DNA from: Rotaria socialis
Taxonomy: Eukaryota
Reading direction: 5' to 3'
DNA: 64,000 nucleotides
Assembly: GCA_905331295.1 (NCBI GenBank)
Contig: CAJNYD010000550.1
Location: forward strand, 112,606-176,605
Part shown: piece after piece, positions 28,940 to 41,083 of the stretch
Position numbering within the stretch: position 1 is the first letter of the stretch
Layout of the letters: each line of letters starts with the position of its first letter
The notes under the pieces: generated by a model
What the model was told of the DNA's origin: nothing
Databases searched by the model: none
What the model saw: only the letters and a program-made list of their open reading frames with translations
Made by a program: the position numbers and the translations under genes

Positions 28940-30515
28940 ATAGACAACTTCTTTTTATTGACTATTTTAATGTAAACCTAGTTTTTAATCAATAAAATAA
29001 AACAAAGTTTCCATCTATGAAAAACATAATCTTTATCTTGCATGTAATTTTACAAGATGATAGCCATTCGAACAACAAGCACTTTTTGGATTCTCATTCT
29101 GCAGTCATTTTAAACTTAAGACAAGTATAGCGTAGAGAGAAAAAAAAGAATGGAAATTTGATTGCACGCTTTGCGTGTTAGTACTATTGTTATTGATATT
29201 TATAGAGTTCTTCACATATGTACATCATGCTAATCAAGATTAAATAATTTCACGGTAGACAGAATCCTTGAAAACAATATTTATTATTTTTGTTTTGTTA
29301 CTTTAATAGCACTAGCCAGACGCAAATCGAACTATTCGATTAGAAGGTCACACAATCTGCGAAATTGTTCGAGACGATTCTCGATTACTAAACACGAAAA
29401 TGATAACCTATTTTTGACTGTGTCATTCTTATAGTATGATTTTTAATTTTCCTTCGCATCATCTAAATGATTATCCAACACGATATAACTTTATTTACTT
29501 GTACTTTCATGCACTTCAGTAACACCCTTTACCAGTCTTGATAATACCTATGTGTCATCTTTTTTTTAAATTTATTTTCTTTCTAAGGTGATAATATATG
29601 TACTTTAGTATGTGGTCTGTTTGAGTCGATGCTAAATATGAAAAAGATATCTTTTTTATGCTTATCTATTCCTATGAAAAATAACCAAAGAAGATGTTTG
29701 TGGTTCTCTTGTGTTGTATGCTGGCTTGTTTACTTGTATTTTTTTTGTGGTAGGATAAAAAGCCACCCAGTACTTTTAGCTTTACTAAAACATGAAGGAC
29801 ATCTTATTAATATTCATATAGAATAACAATTTACGCCATTATCTAAATTAGGTTATTACATTGTTTAGGACAAAGAACTTTCTATTGCGTATTTTGAAGT
29901 CCTTCTTCAAGTCGAAATCAACCATAAAATTTCAGCTAGTGCTTTTCTATTAATATTACATGGTTCTAATAAATATATTCTTTAAAAGAAATTGTGTATA
30001 AACAAAAGCTGCTTTATGCAATGCGCTTTCTTCAGTTCACAAACAATCCACGCACATCTAAAGAACCTGATAAGCTTTTTCGTGGCTTGCCTTTTCTCAT
30101 GTTAATAAAAATCTTTCGATTGTTCCCTTAATTTGATGTTTATAGTTCGTTTTCTTGTAAATATAAGCATTCTGATGATATTTTCATGGATGATCAAGTA
30201 TCTCAGAACTCTTGTGATCATTTGTTTGATGGTGATTCAAATCTCACAAAAAAAGTATTTTGCACAATATTATTTTTTTTCCTTTAGTGGCCATCGTAAG
30301 TGTGTTAGTGTTAGATTAGACTGCGTTGATAAGAGAAGATACACTGCTGTTTGGTTTCTTTTTGTTGAAACAAGTTAACTGACAACAATGTTGACAATAC
30401 ACTCTGTTTTCAGTATTACATATATATATATATATATATAGGCAAGTCATTTCTCAAAATCTTCAACAGAATAGTTTAGTCTTCGTTTACTATTTCATTT
30501 TCAACAAACTAAATA

Positions 30516-31221
30516 ATGCTTGTTGCTCTCGTTCTTTGTTTGGTTGGCATTGTAGCTGCACAACGACCAATTCCATGCACGACTCCATCACAATGGGAAG
30601 GAAATGTTTATGATGTTAATGAAGAGCAAAAATTCCGATTAAACGGAAGATTAAGTTATGATGCAGTTTATCACCGTGAACGAATTGCTGAAGATATCGA
30701 AGAAGGTAGTCAAGATGATTTCTTTGAACGACTTGCTCTTTTTGAATCACAAATTGAATTTGTTTACAACTTCCGTGCTCGTAACTGTACTCGTCAACCA
30801 ATAACTCGACAATGGCGTGATTTTGGTATTCGTCCAACAGATACTTCATACGGTGAAGCTTACATTGGTTCATCTGCTTTTCCTGATACAGGTTTATTAG
30901 TCACAATCTGGTAAATAATCTTTCAATAATACTTCTCAATTAAATACTTCTTTGTTTTTTTTTATATCTAGGGGTGGTAATTTCACTTTACCAACAAATG
31001 ACACAATTGATTATACATCAACATGGACCTATCGAGGATGTATTCCAGTTACTCGAACAAGTTTCAGCCCTAAATTCGGTATTTCACACTTGTCATTCTA
31101 TGATGTAACAGCTGGTATCAGAGATCCAAATGTGTTTATTCCACGACGAGAATGTCTTTCAAGTGAAGAATGGGCTAGCCGATATACTCTCTTTGGCACA
31201 CCAGCAAAAAAGCACATTTAG
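30516..31221 (+). CDS. EPDR1: Ependymin-related protein, copy 2 (2 exons)
   Basis: Same motifs and intron position as copy 1. Confidence 0.93.
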
Positions 31222-31957
31222 AAAACATTTTTTAAATGAATTATATCATAATATTTCTTTTACAAAATAAAAATTTTGTGTAGTTTCGATAAACTAACGC
31301 ATACTAGAAACTGATATCATTTGTGTGATGTAATCAAAGGAATAAAAGCTAACTTTCGCTGAGGTTTCATCTTTCGAAAAACATCATGTGTGATGATTAT
31401 CAGCCAATTGATTGAAAGTGAATTTGAAAAATTTTGCACAATGCATTGAAATAATTCTTATGCAGATTTAGCATCTATATTAAACGAACAAAAACTAAAA
31501 GAAAATCAACAGAATAGAAAATTCAATAATCGAAGTTATATTATTTTGAAGTGAGAATCTGTTCTAACCATTTTGCAGTGTAATGATTTCTATCATCCGG
31601 TGTGACTAATTAATTCTTCAGTGGCAAAAATCTGTTTTGTGTTTTTTATCAAGATTTTGACGCAGAAGAAATTGTTTAAACATACTATTATTATTTTTAC
31701 TCTTTATTAGCCAATGTAAATGTGTTATCTTGCACAGAACTGTACTGATAACTGCAATCTACACTGACGCCCCGGGTAGTTTTTTTTGCTAGAATCAAGG
31801 TGAGTGACAACAATCTTGACTAAATTCTTCTCTCAACGTTGTATATATATATATAGAGAGAGAGAGACAGACAGAGAGAGACGAATCATTTTTCAGCATC
31901 TGCAACATAAGAGTTTATTCTTCGCTTACTACTATTTCATTTTCAGCAAACAAAAAA

Positions 31958-32654
31958 ATGTTGGTTGCTCTTGTTCTATGTTTGGTTGGTATTGCCGCTG
32001 CACAAGTACCCGCTCCATGTACATCCCCACCACAATGGGAAGGTCGTGTTTTCGAAATTAATGAAGAACAAAAGTTTTCATTAGGAGGCAGATTAAGTTA
32101 TGATTCACTGTATCACCGTGATCGCTTTGTTGAAGAAGTTGACGAAGGTGGTGAACAAAATGTTTATGATCGACTTTCCCTCTATGATCAAAAAATTGAA
32201 TATGTTTACAATTTCAAAGCCCGCAATTGTACACGACAACCATTAACTCGACCATGGCGTGATTTTGGTATTCGTCCAACAGATACTTCATACGGTGAAG
32301 CTTACATTGGTTCATCAGCTGCAGCTGATACAGGTTTATTAGTCACAATCTGGTAAATAATCTTTCAATAATACTTCCTAATCAAATATTTGTTGTATAT
32401 CTAGGGCTGGTAATTTCACTTTACCATCCAATGATACAATTGATTTCATTTCGACATGGACCTATCGAGGATGCATTCCAGTTTCTCGAACAAGCTTCAG
32501 TCCTAAATTTGGTGTATCCCATTTATCATTCTATGATGTAACAGCTGGTATTAGTGATCCAAATGTATTCATTCCACACCGAGAATGTCTTTCAAGTGAA
32601 GAATGGGCCGCGCGAAACACTCGCTTCGGTGTACCAAGCCTGAAAAAACATTAG
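31958..32654 (+). CDS. EPDR1: Ependymin-related protein, copy 3 (2 exons)
   Basis: Exon 1 is ORF 31958-32356. Exon 2 (about 32405-32654) encodes AGNFTLPSNDTIDFISTWTYRGCIPV...GISDPNVFIPHRECL...KKH*. Confidence 0.93.
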
Positions 32655-32994
32655 AATAAATTCTTCAGTACTTGTAGTTCCATGAATTCTTTTAAAATTC
32701 CTAAATAAAGAAAATTTTGTCATCGTATTTCATATTAATACTATAAGTAATTCTGATTTTTCAATAAAGTCATCTCAATTTTAAATCGAACTGAGATTTT
32801 AGTTATTTTGAAAAGCGAAAAAAATGTCAACTGTTGAACAAAAAGATCTAATTAAATGGTTGCGAAGTATATCATTTCAATAAATACTGAGAAGTTCAAA
32901 ATAATTATTGTGAGAGAGGAATACTGGAGACTTTATTTATGCGAAATCTGTATTGAAAACAACAAAATTAAATGGCCAGTATACTCTAATGTTC

Positions 32995-33380
32995 CCCATG
33001 TAATAAAAACCGCATGAAAATCGGCGGTTAACCGCGGTTTTACCGGTCCGGTTACCGGCTCTCATTACCGCAGAACGGATAAATACCGTGGTTTACCACA
33101 AAAAATGAACTGGCATTTACCGCGGTAAACCGCCGGTTTTGATTAATACCGTGGTTACCGCTAAAAAACGCGGTTAACCGGTTCATCTATAATTTTTGAC
33201 AGAAAAAGTCTTCCAAATCATCAATTAAACTATTTTAAAGATCCTTTTTTTACTTTTACATGTGATAAACATGCGCAAAAAACCGCCGGTTTTACCGGTC
33301 CGGTTACCGGCTCCTATTACCGCAGAACGGATAAATACCGCGGTTTACCGCAAAAATTGATCCGGTATTCGCAACATGGG
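32995..33380. mobile_element. Non-autonomous DNA transposon (MITE), CCCATG...CATGGG ends, 2-bp TSD TC; CMC/EnSpm-like
   Basis: Inverted termini, TC on both flanks, palindromic subterminal motifs (CCGCGG, ACCGGT) and an internal direct repeat of about 70 bp. Confidence 0.8.
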
Positions 33381-33391
33381 TCTGTACCAGC

Positions 33392-33772
33392 CAGAGAGCG
33401 AAAACGAACCGAACCGAACCGAACTCGAGCCGACTTTTTGAAAAGTCAGTCGAACCAAACCGAACCCGAACCGATTTTTAAAAAATGCACTCGAATCGAA
33501 CCGAACTCGAAAAAGATATTGAAAAAATGAACAAATACAAGTCAATGTAGAAAAAAATCTAATTAGGTGCACTATCATCTATTTCTTAAAAATATATGCT
33601 GCTGACAATGGTTAAAAGACCTTTGATCAGTTCTTTTAGGTAATTAATTCAACCTGTGTACAATATTTTGTTCCTTATTCATATTACGTACACATTCTGT
33701 TCGTGACGGTCGGTCACTTGTAAGGGTCATACATTCTTAATTTATCTCTCTTTTTTTCTCCCATTGTCTTAC
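33392..33772. mobile_element. Probable hAT-like transposon end with GAACC subterminal repeats, running into the assembly gap
   Basis: CAGAGAGCG start followed by tandem (GAACC)n/CGAAC arrays at 33404-33510. Confidence 0.5.
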
Positions 33773-34441
33773 NNNNNNNNNNNNNNNNNNNNNNNNNNNN
33801 NNNNNNNNNNNNNNNNNNNNNNNNNNNNNNNNNNNNNNNNNNNNNNNNNNNNNNNNNNNNNNNNNNNNNNNNNNNNNNNNNNNNNNNNNNNNNNNNNNNN
33901 NNNNNNNNNNNNNNNNNNNNNNNNNNNNNNNNNNNNNNNNNNNNNNNNNNNNNNNNNNNNNNNNNNNNNNNNNNNNNNNNNNNNNNNNNNNNNNNNNNNN
34001 NNNNNNNNNNNNNNNNNNNNNNNNNNNNNNNNNNNNNNNNNNNNNNNNNNNNNNNNNNNNNNNNNNNNNNNNNNNNNNNNNNNNNNNNNNNNNNNNNNNN
34101 NNNNNNNNNNNNNNNNNNNNNNNNNNNNNNNNNNNNNNNNNNNNNNNNNNNNNNNNNNNNNNNNNNNNNNNNNNNNNNNNNNNNNNNNNNNNNNNNNNNN
34201 NNNNNNNNNNNNNNNNNNNNNNNNNNNNNNNNNNNNNNNNNNNNNNNNNNNNNNNNNNNNNNNNNNNNNNNNNNNNNNNNNNNNNNNNNNNNNNNNNNNN
34301 NNNNNNNNNNNNNNNNNNNNNNNNNNNNNNNNNNNNNNNNNNNNNNNNNNNNNNNNNNNNNNNNNNNNNNNNNNNNNNNNNNNNNNNNNNNNNNNNNNNN
34401 NNNNNNNNNNNNNNNNNNNNNNNNNNNNNNNNNNNNNNNNN
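33773..34441. other. Assembly gap (669 N)
   Basis: Run of N. Confidence 1.
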
Positions 34442-34789
34442 AGTCATACTCGATCGCTGTATGTAAGAAATAATATTTTTCTCTTGGTTTTGTGAAAAGC
34501 AAGCATTATTTTTTGACAGCGTATGTTTTTCGGGCAAACCTTTTATCTTGTGTGCCATAAAGGAATCATCTTCGGCGTGTATATGAAAGGTAAAATATAT
34601 AATTTCTCATATTGCTGTGAAAACTGGGTTAAAATGTTTTTGATTCCACACTATTCGCATAAACTTTCAAAGCCCTGTATTAAAAAGGTGCTGCCTTCAG
34701 TGGCATATTCACTTCGTAAACTCGTGAACTGATAGTTCCAATACCGTCATTTCAGTATTACAGAAGGAATATTTTTGGGAAGATAAAAA

Positions 34790-35054
34790 ATTTTTCGAAA
34801 CAGCAGCTTTCCACTTTTTCCCGCTATTTGCCGCTTTTTGGAAGTGATGAGGTGGCAACCCTGTTTTCAATCGTCATCCAATAGAAAATACGTAAGAATC
34901 TTTCGTCATCTTTATCTTTATCATAGCTAGCAGTCGTATGCTGGAGCATCACTTGTATAAAATGATCATTGATTTTTTCAGAAGCCTTAAAAAATTTCTG
35001 GGTGGGCTCAAAACATTTTAGGGTGGGCTTAGCCCACCCCTGGCGCCGCCACTA
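34790..35054 (-). mobile_element. Two adjacent hAT-like terminal fragments
   Basis: The minus strand reads CAGGGTTGCCA from 34863 and TAGTGGCGGCGCCAGGGGTGGGCTAAGCCCACCC from 35054. Both resemble hAT-superfamily termini; the partner ends are not visible and may lie in the gap. Confidence 0.5.
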
Positions 35055-35249
35055 GTTTATAATCAATCATTTTTGCTATGATTTACTGTCGTTAATAGCC
35101 TACTGGGAAGAAAATTATTTCTTTTTGAAATCCAAACTCTCTTACTATGACCTAATATCTTGTGATGTAGTTGTATTATATGCTGCCCCAGTATGTTGAT
35201 ATTCTATTGCTTCTGTGGTATCTTCTAGATGAATGAAAAATCGAGACAG

Positions 35250-35774
35250 CCCAGGTCCATCATTCAGACCGCCTGAAAGAGGGCATTAAACTGCCTGAAA
35301 CGGTCAAGAAACGGCGTAATTGATGCCGTAAACGATGAAAAACGACCACCGTTTTTTAACCGTTTTCCGCCAGCTCAGATTATGGACCATTTTTCCGCGA
35401 AACGTTAACGACGTCGTTTAAGGCCGTTTCGGATGACAAACGTAGTGTGATAAAAGGACTCTATTTTCGCCCTTTATCGTCTCAATCTCGTCGCTTTTCA
35501 CCGTTTAAAATGAGTGTTGCATTGGCGATTTATATTTTATTCCTCAAAATAAAATAAAATAAAATGAATAAAACAATTTGAACGACAGTGGTTAAGTATC
35601 TATTTTATCCATATTTATATCACAAAACAAAAGAGATGTAAAGCGGTAAAAAAAACGTTGGCTTTAGAAGGTAGTCGTTTCCTGCAACATGGAAACCGCC
35701 ATATAAGAGGCCACCGGTTTTCGCCGTTTTACAGTCGTTTAAGTTCGTTTACGCACCGTTCTATCCAACATGGG
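35250..35774. mobile_element. MITE with CCCAGG...CATGGG ends and AAACGG/CCGTTT subterminal repeats
   Basis: Imperfect inverted termini of the same class as neighbouring elements; flanks AG/AA. Confidence 0.65.
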
Positions 35775-35947
35775 AAAGGAAAGAAAATAGGATAGATTTT
35801 ATTTCTGAAGAATTCCGCAAATGTCAAAATTGACGAAAAAGAATCACCAATAATAAATAATTTAGTTTTAATGAACTAAAAATCTTTTCGGAAGTTGAAA
35901 CAAATAATCTTGAAAGAAATCGATTTCGATAAATTGAATAGAAAAAA

Positions 35948-36082
35948 ACTATGTAATAAAAACCGCATGAAAATCGACGGTTAACCGCGGTTTTACCGGT
36001 CGGGTTACCGGCTCCCATTACCGCAGAAAGGATAAATACCGCGGTTTACCGCAAAAAAATGATCCGGTATTCGCAACATGGG
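35948..36082. mobile_element. Short deletion derivative of the 32995-33380 MITE, TSD AA
   Basis: Near-identical to the 5' end, one repeat unit and the 3' end (TCCGGTATTCGCAACATGGG) of the longer copy. Confidence 0.8.
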
Positions 36083-36713
36083 AAGAATTGTTTTTAATTT
36101 GCCGATATTAATATTTTCGCTTCGTTTGTTAGAAATGTTGTTAGTCTTCAACCACGTAATCGTGTGAAACGTCAATTATCTCAATTATCAAAAACAAAAC
36201 ACTCCAAATTTCAAGCAATTTTCGATGCAAATAATACGAATCAAACATCAACACAATCAGATGTGATTTGAAACGAAACTATTTCTTCGATAAGATTTTT
36301 TTGTTTTTTAATCAGGATAAATATAATCTTAATTCAATATTGCCTTGTCATGGCCGTTTGTTACTTAAAAAAGTCATCCATTGAATGGTTTTATTCCAAG
36401 TAAGAAATTATTCGTGGAAGTTGACGCGTGTATTCTGCATTTTTCGTAGCAAAAGAAAGTTCATTAACTTTTTCAAATAATTTTGAATCAAATTTAAATC
36501 AAAATGGAATAGCATCGTCTTCACCAGATAAATGAAAGATCATTCGATTTGAAAAAGAAAATAATTAAAAGAAGAATTGTATTCTTTATTAAATAAACTA
36601 ATTATATTTCTGTACAGATATGTTTTTCGTTTTACTTTACCATTCTATCACCCAGTGTAATGAACATTTGCTTTAGATAGATTATCTTTATTATAAGTTA
36701 ATTGCGTTAATTA

Positions 36714-37056
36714 ACCAGGACGAACAATCCGATACCTGGATCCAACCGGAATCGATCGGATTTCGATCGGTTCCTGCAGTATTCTAAGCAAATCCGGGTT
36801 GCGGACCCACTCACGGATCCCTAGTGTTGGAATCCGATCGATTCTTGCAGGAACCAGTGAAAACCCGATAGATTTTTTTAGGACCTCGTTGGGATCCGAC
36901 TTCTAAAATTCCTATCGAATTCGGTTGTTGGATTTGGTCAGATGTGCACCGGATTCCAACACTAGGGATCCGTTAGTAGTTCCTCAACCCAGAATCTCAC
37001 GGGACCTTGTCGGCTCGTCGGATTTTACAAGATTCGATCGGATTCATTCACCTTGG
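36714..37056. mobile_element. MITE with ACCAGG...CCTTGG ends, TSD TA, GGATCC/TCCGA-rich internal inverted repeats
   Basis: GGATCCCTAGTGTTGGAATCCG (about 36815) is the reverse complement of CGGATTCCAACACTAGGGATCC (about 36950); TA on both flanks. Confidence 0.7.
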
Positions 37057-38476
37057 TAGGTCAAGTTGTTTTGTTTGAGTAGACTTGCCTTTTTTTCTTT
37101 CTTTCTTTAACAGCATGTTCATAAATTTATTATCGATAATAACTAGTTTTATTTCATTTGAAACTAAACCTTGCATTTTATTTCAGTTAGTGTTCAAATG
37201 TGTGTATTTGCAATTTTTTCAGCAAAAACTCAAAAAAATAATTGGGGGTTCATAGAGAACGTTTCCAAAATGTAATAAAAACACATCGTAAGTAAGAAGT
37301 TGACGCTGTTGAAATATTTGACAATAGTATAGTTTTTATTTTATTGACATTGAATCTTTACTGAATGATTAAAGAAAAATAAATTCTATAAGAATAAAAG
37401 TAGAAAATCTTGTAACTACTAGAGTATCCATTCTCTTTCAGCTGAACTTTTAATGAAGTAAAATTGGGTCAGATGAGATAAATTCAAACATAGAATCCCT
37501 ATTGTTCCAGTAATTTCTATCGAGAAAAATGAACTTTTTTTCATTTAATTAATTTCAAATAAATTTCCTGAACTCGATTATATCTCAAAAGATGTATTTT
37601 GTGTTATCAACATACTCATCAGCTAAAAAGGATATTCTTTGTTGAAAAATATAGAGTGAAAGCACAAACCAATAAATCACCATATGCTGTCGTTTTATTT
37701 TTTAAATGATTTAAACTGTTTTGTTGAATTTGCCGATTATTATTTATTGTCTTGTTGCTGCACATTGATCAATTGTTTTTGGTATATCAGCAACAGTAGC
37801 TTTTTGGCTTGGCATTCCTCTCAATTGTTCAACTTCATTCAATTAATTCACAAACTTATGAATAAATATCACTAGTTAATACTTCCAAAATATACGATGC
37901 AGCCCATATATCAATTATCTAGAAAATAAAGATTTTTTTCGATTTTATTTCTGTGTTGAGACTGAATCGCGCGAAAACATAATAAGAAGATTGATTTTAC
38001 CAAGAAGCAATTTTTTATCATTGCTTTGTCTTTTAGTTCAATATGAAGAGCGAGAAATAAAATTCAATTTACAAAAATAATGTAAAACAACATGTTTCTT
38101 CTTTAACTTAAATGAATAGAGAGAAGTGTCCTTTTCTTGTTAAAGTTTATACTAACATATGGATAATGATTAATTTCTTTCGTATTATATGAATAGCTTG
38201 TTGCTGTGCTGTAACTTACTATTTCGTAGTTTTGTGAATCGTGATAGTCACTCCAAACTGAATAGAGATACACCACACAAAATAACAATATAATAATATC
38301 TACTGGTGATGTAATGAGATAGTTTTGTTGGTCATAATTTGAAACTAAGGCAGTTAGAAAACCAAGTACAGAAATGGCTAGTGCTAAACCGAAATCAATA
38401 TTCATACAATAAAGTAGATAGAATGCTCTTTTAACCGGTGCACTGCTACATGCAGTAGTTAGATAGATTAATACCT

Positions 38477-38763
38477 CCCAGGTCGAACAGTCCGGTCTGG
38501 AAACAGCCGGTTCCGAGTAATTCCGTTGATCTTGTGGAAGCAGTATTCCGATTGGAAAATTTTCCGGTGATTTCCGGTCAATTCCTGCCGGAAAGCACCG
38601 GAACTTGGCAGGAATTCGCCGGAAAAGTCCGGCCGTATTTTTGACCGGAATACTGCTTCCATGTTCCAGCGATTTCACATGTTTTACTGCAGGACATGGT
38701 GACTTTCCCGCATATTCCCTGGAGTATCCTACGGGATCCGGTGACCGGACTGTTCGATCTGGG
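38477..38763. mobile_element. MITE, TIR CCCAGGTCGAACAGTCCGG, 2-bp TSD CT
   Basis: TIRs of about 20 bp, CT duplicated at 38475-38476 and 38764-38765, CCGG-rich body; second copy at 39487-39783. Confidence 0.85.
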
Positions 38764-39486
38764 CTTAGTTGATATCGTGATTTAATCATATGATGAACCT
38801 TTTCTGCACAACAATGAAATTTACTAATACGGTCAGTGTAGTAAGAAACGGTATCAGCACGTGAGAGATAGAAGGCACCAGCATAATAATAGTACACGTG
38901 AAGTCATTATGAAATATCTTTTATATCTAAAAATAATAAAATAGCATTGCCTCATGTTACGATGAGAAAATTTAGTCAAATAATATATCTTTTTTTCCTA
39001 TTGAATGCATCAAAAATGAAATTTTCATTTTAGCAATGGGTATATTTCTTGCATTCACATCATATGTGGGTTATACTGAGAAGTGTACATTATTTCTTTG
39101 TTGTGCACGTGTAGAAACGGAAAAAATCTATGTATATATTAGCGGAAGATATTTTTCTCCCGTCTCTTTATTAAATCACTACTTAACACGTACGGATACA
39201 CATACACACAACGGCTACACTACATCAGACCAACTAAAACAGAAATAAACACTCGTATATATATGTCCGTTCTGCACATCCAGGTAAACGAAAGAGAAAA
39301 CGAATACAAAAAAAGAGGATAATGTGATCGAAAGATATTGCACCGAAGAAAGAAATATATCTTAATATGTAAAGAATGACGTCACATCGATGAAACAGAA
39401 ATGATACTAGGATATGTGAGGGCAGGCCCCTAACAGTATATAACGCACATATGAAGTGAAAAACTATAGACATTATGCATTATCCT

Positions 39487-39783
39487 CTAAGGTCAAACAT
39501 TCCGGCCACCGGATCCCGTAGGATACTTCAGGAAATATGCGGAAGAGTCACCATATCCAGCAGGAAAACACGGGAAATCGCTGGAACATGGAAGCAGTAT
39601 TCCGGTCAAAAATACGGCCGGAATTTTCCAACAGGATTCCTGCCAAGTTCCGGCGTTCTCCGACAGGAATTGATTAGAAATCACCAGAAAAATCCTAAAA
39701 TTTCCCAACCGGAATGCTGCTTGCACAAAATCAACGGAACTAATTGGAATCGGCCGTTTCCAGGCCAGACTGTTCGACCTGGG
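39487..39783. mobile_element. Second, inverted copy of the 38477 MITE family, TSD CT
   Basis: Reverse-complement match along its length (e.g. CGCTGGAACATGGAAGCAGTATTCCGGTCAAAA); ends in GACTGTTCGACCTGGG followed by CT. Confidence 0.85.
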
Positions 39784-40161
39784 CTAATAACAACACTAAA
39801 AACATGGCATGATTTGATTGGCTTGGTGTACAGTTATTTTACACTCGATTGAAATTATTCTTACGCATGCATAATCCTTGGAGCGTTTCCTTTCAAATGG
39901 TGAAACAACCGTTTTTAACTGAAGTGAGGCGCGGAGAAATCAGCGATCTACGACAACAAGGACCTATATCTGTTGTTGTTAGAAGCCATTTTCCTAATAA
40001 CAACAGTCAGCTAATCTTTGACACCAATAACAGCATTTGCACCGAAAAACCTTCTAGCACTTAAAAAAGACAAAACTGTCACACAAATGAATAGCCCGAT
40101 GGATTCTGAAAACTTTTCATAACTCAGTTCAGTAAATCAGAAAATTTGAAATTGTCGTGCC

Positions 40162-41083
40162 TTATATGTGATTGAAAAGTCAGTTTTTTGTAGGAAACGC
40201 TCATTATTTTCGTCGAAAGCATTCAGAAAATAGATTCATTCGACGCAGAATTGTTTTCTCTACTACAATATATAAAAGATTTTCTCATGCAAAAATGATT
40301 TTAAAATTTTTATACTGGGATATCGACCCCAATGGTCATACACTCAAAAATAGTGCATTTTTCGCACTCAATGGAACTTCACGGATTACACTCAACCATG
40401 GAGATTTTTATACCAAATGTGTATAAATCAATGCGTTCTTTCTACTGCGAATCATTTCTTTGCGAAATTTCAGGGCTCACGTAGTATTGAACGACACAAA
40501 TATTCGGATTCTATTGTATATGGAATAGTTCAAGAAGGAGACAGCAAAAACAATCAACATGGTCTCGTTTGAAAGCTCTGCCCAGGTCGAACAATACGGA
40601 CCGTATAATGGGCGCAGTATTACGGACCGTACGATGCTTACATTTGCGTCGTATACGGTCAAGATTTCACAGTATATGGCTCCCCGTTTTACGGTGCTCC
40701 AAACCAGTCTCGGTTTAAGGCCGTATTTGACCCGTAACTAACACCTTTACGGTCCGTAATACTGCGCCCATTAATACGGTCCGAAACGGAGTTCCGTTTT
40801 GATCGACCTGGGTAACTCAGTTGCACATTTGATATAAAAATCTCTATGGTTGAGTATAATACGTGGAGTTCCATTGGATACGAAAAATGCACTACTTTTG
40901 AGTGTATGACCATTGGAGTCGGTATTCCAGCGTGAAAAATTCAAAATTGTTTTTGCATGAGAAACTCTATCATATATTATAGTAGCGAAAACAATTATGC
41001 TTCGAATGAATGTATTTTCTGAAAGTTTTCGACTAATATAATGAACGTTTCCTACGAAAAACTGATTTTTCAATTACATCTAA
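40162..41083. mobile_element. Foldback-like element with diverged inverted arms of about 260 bp (40162-40425 / 40822-41083)
   Basis: The arms are reverse complements (e.g. CCAATGGTCATACACTCAAAAATAGTGCATTTTTCG vs CGAAAAATGCACTACTTTTGAGTGTATGACCATTGG). This explains the mirror ORFs 40172+ and 41073-. Confidence 0.75.
40581..40812. mobile_element. CCCAGGTCGA-terminated MITE nested inside the foldback element
   Basis: CCCAGGTCGA...TCGACCTGGG termini, with ACGGACCGTA/TACGGTCCGT subterminal repeats. Confidence 0.8.

Noticed and set aside
33000..33520. Short palindromic and GAACC repeats resembling a CRISPR array
   Set aside because: No regular repeat-spacer periodicity, no cas genes, eukaryotic context; better explained as transposon subterminal repeats.
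33714..34558. Long ORFs spanning the gap
   Set aside because: Artifacts of translating N runs.
39475..41073. ORFs 39475+, 40172+, 40559+ and 40771-
   Set aside because: They lie within MITE or foldback sequence and have no transposase motifs.
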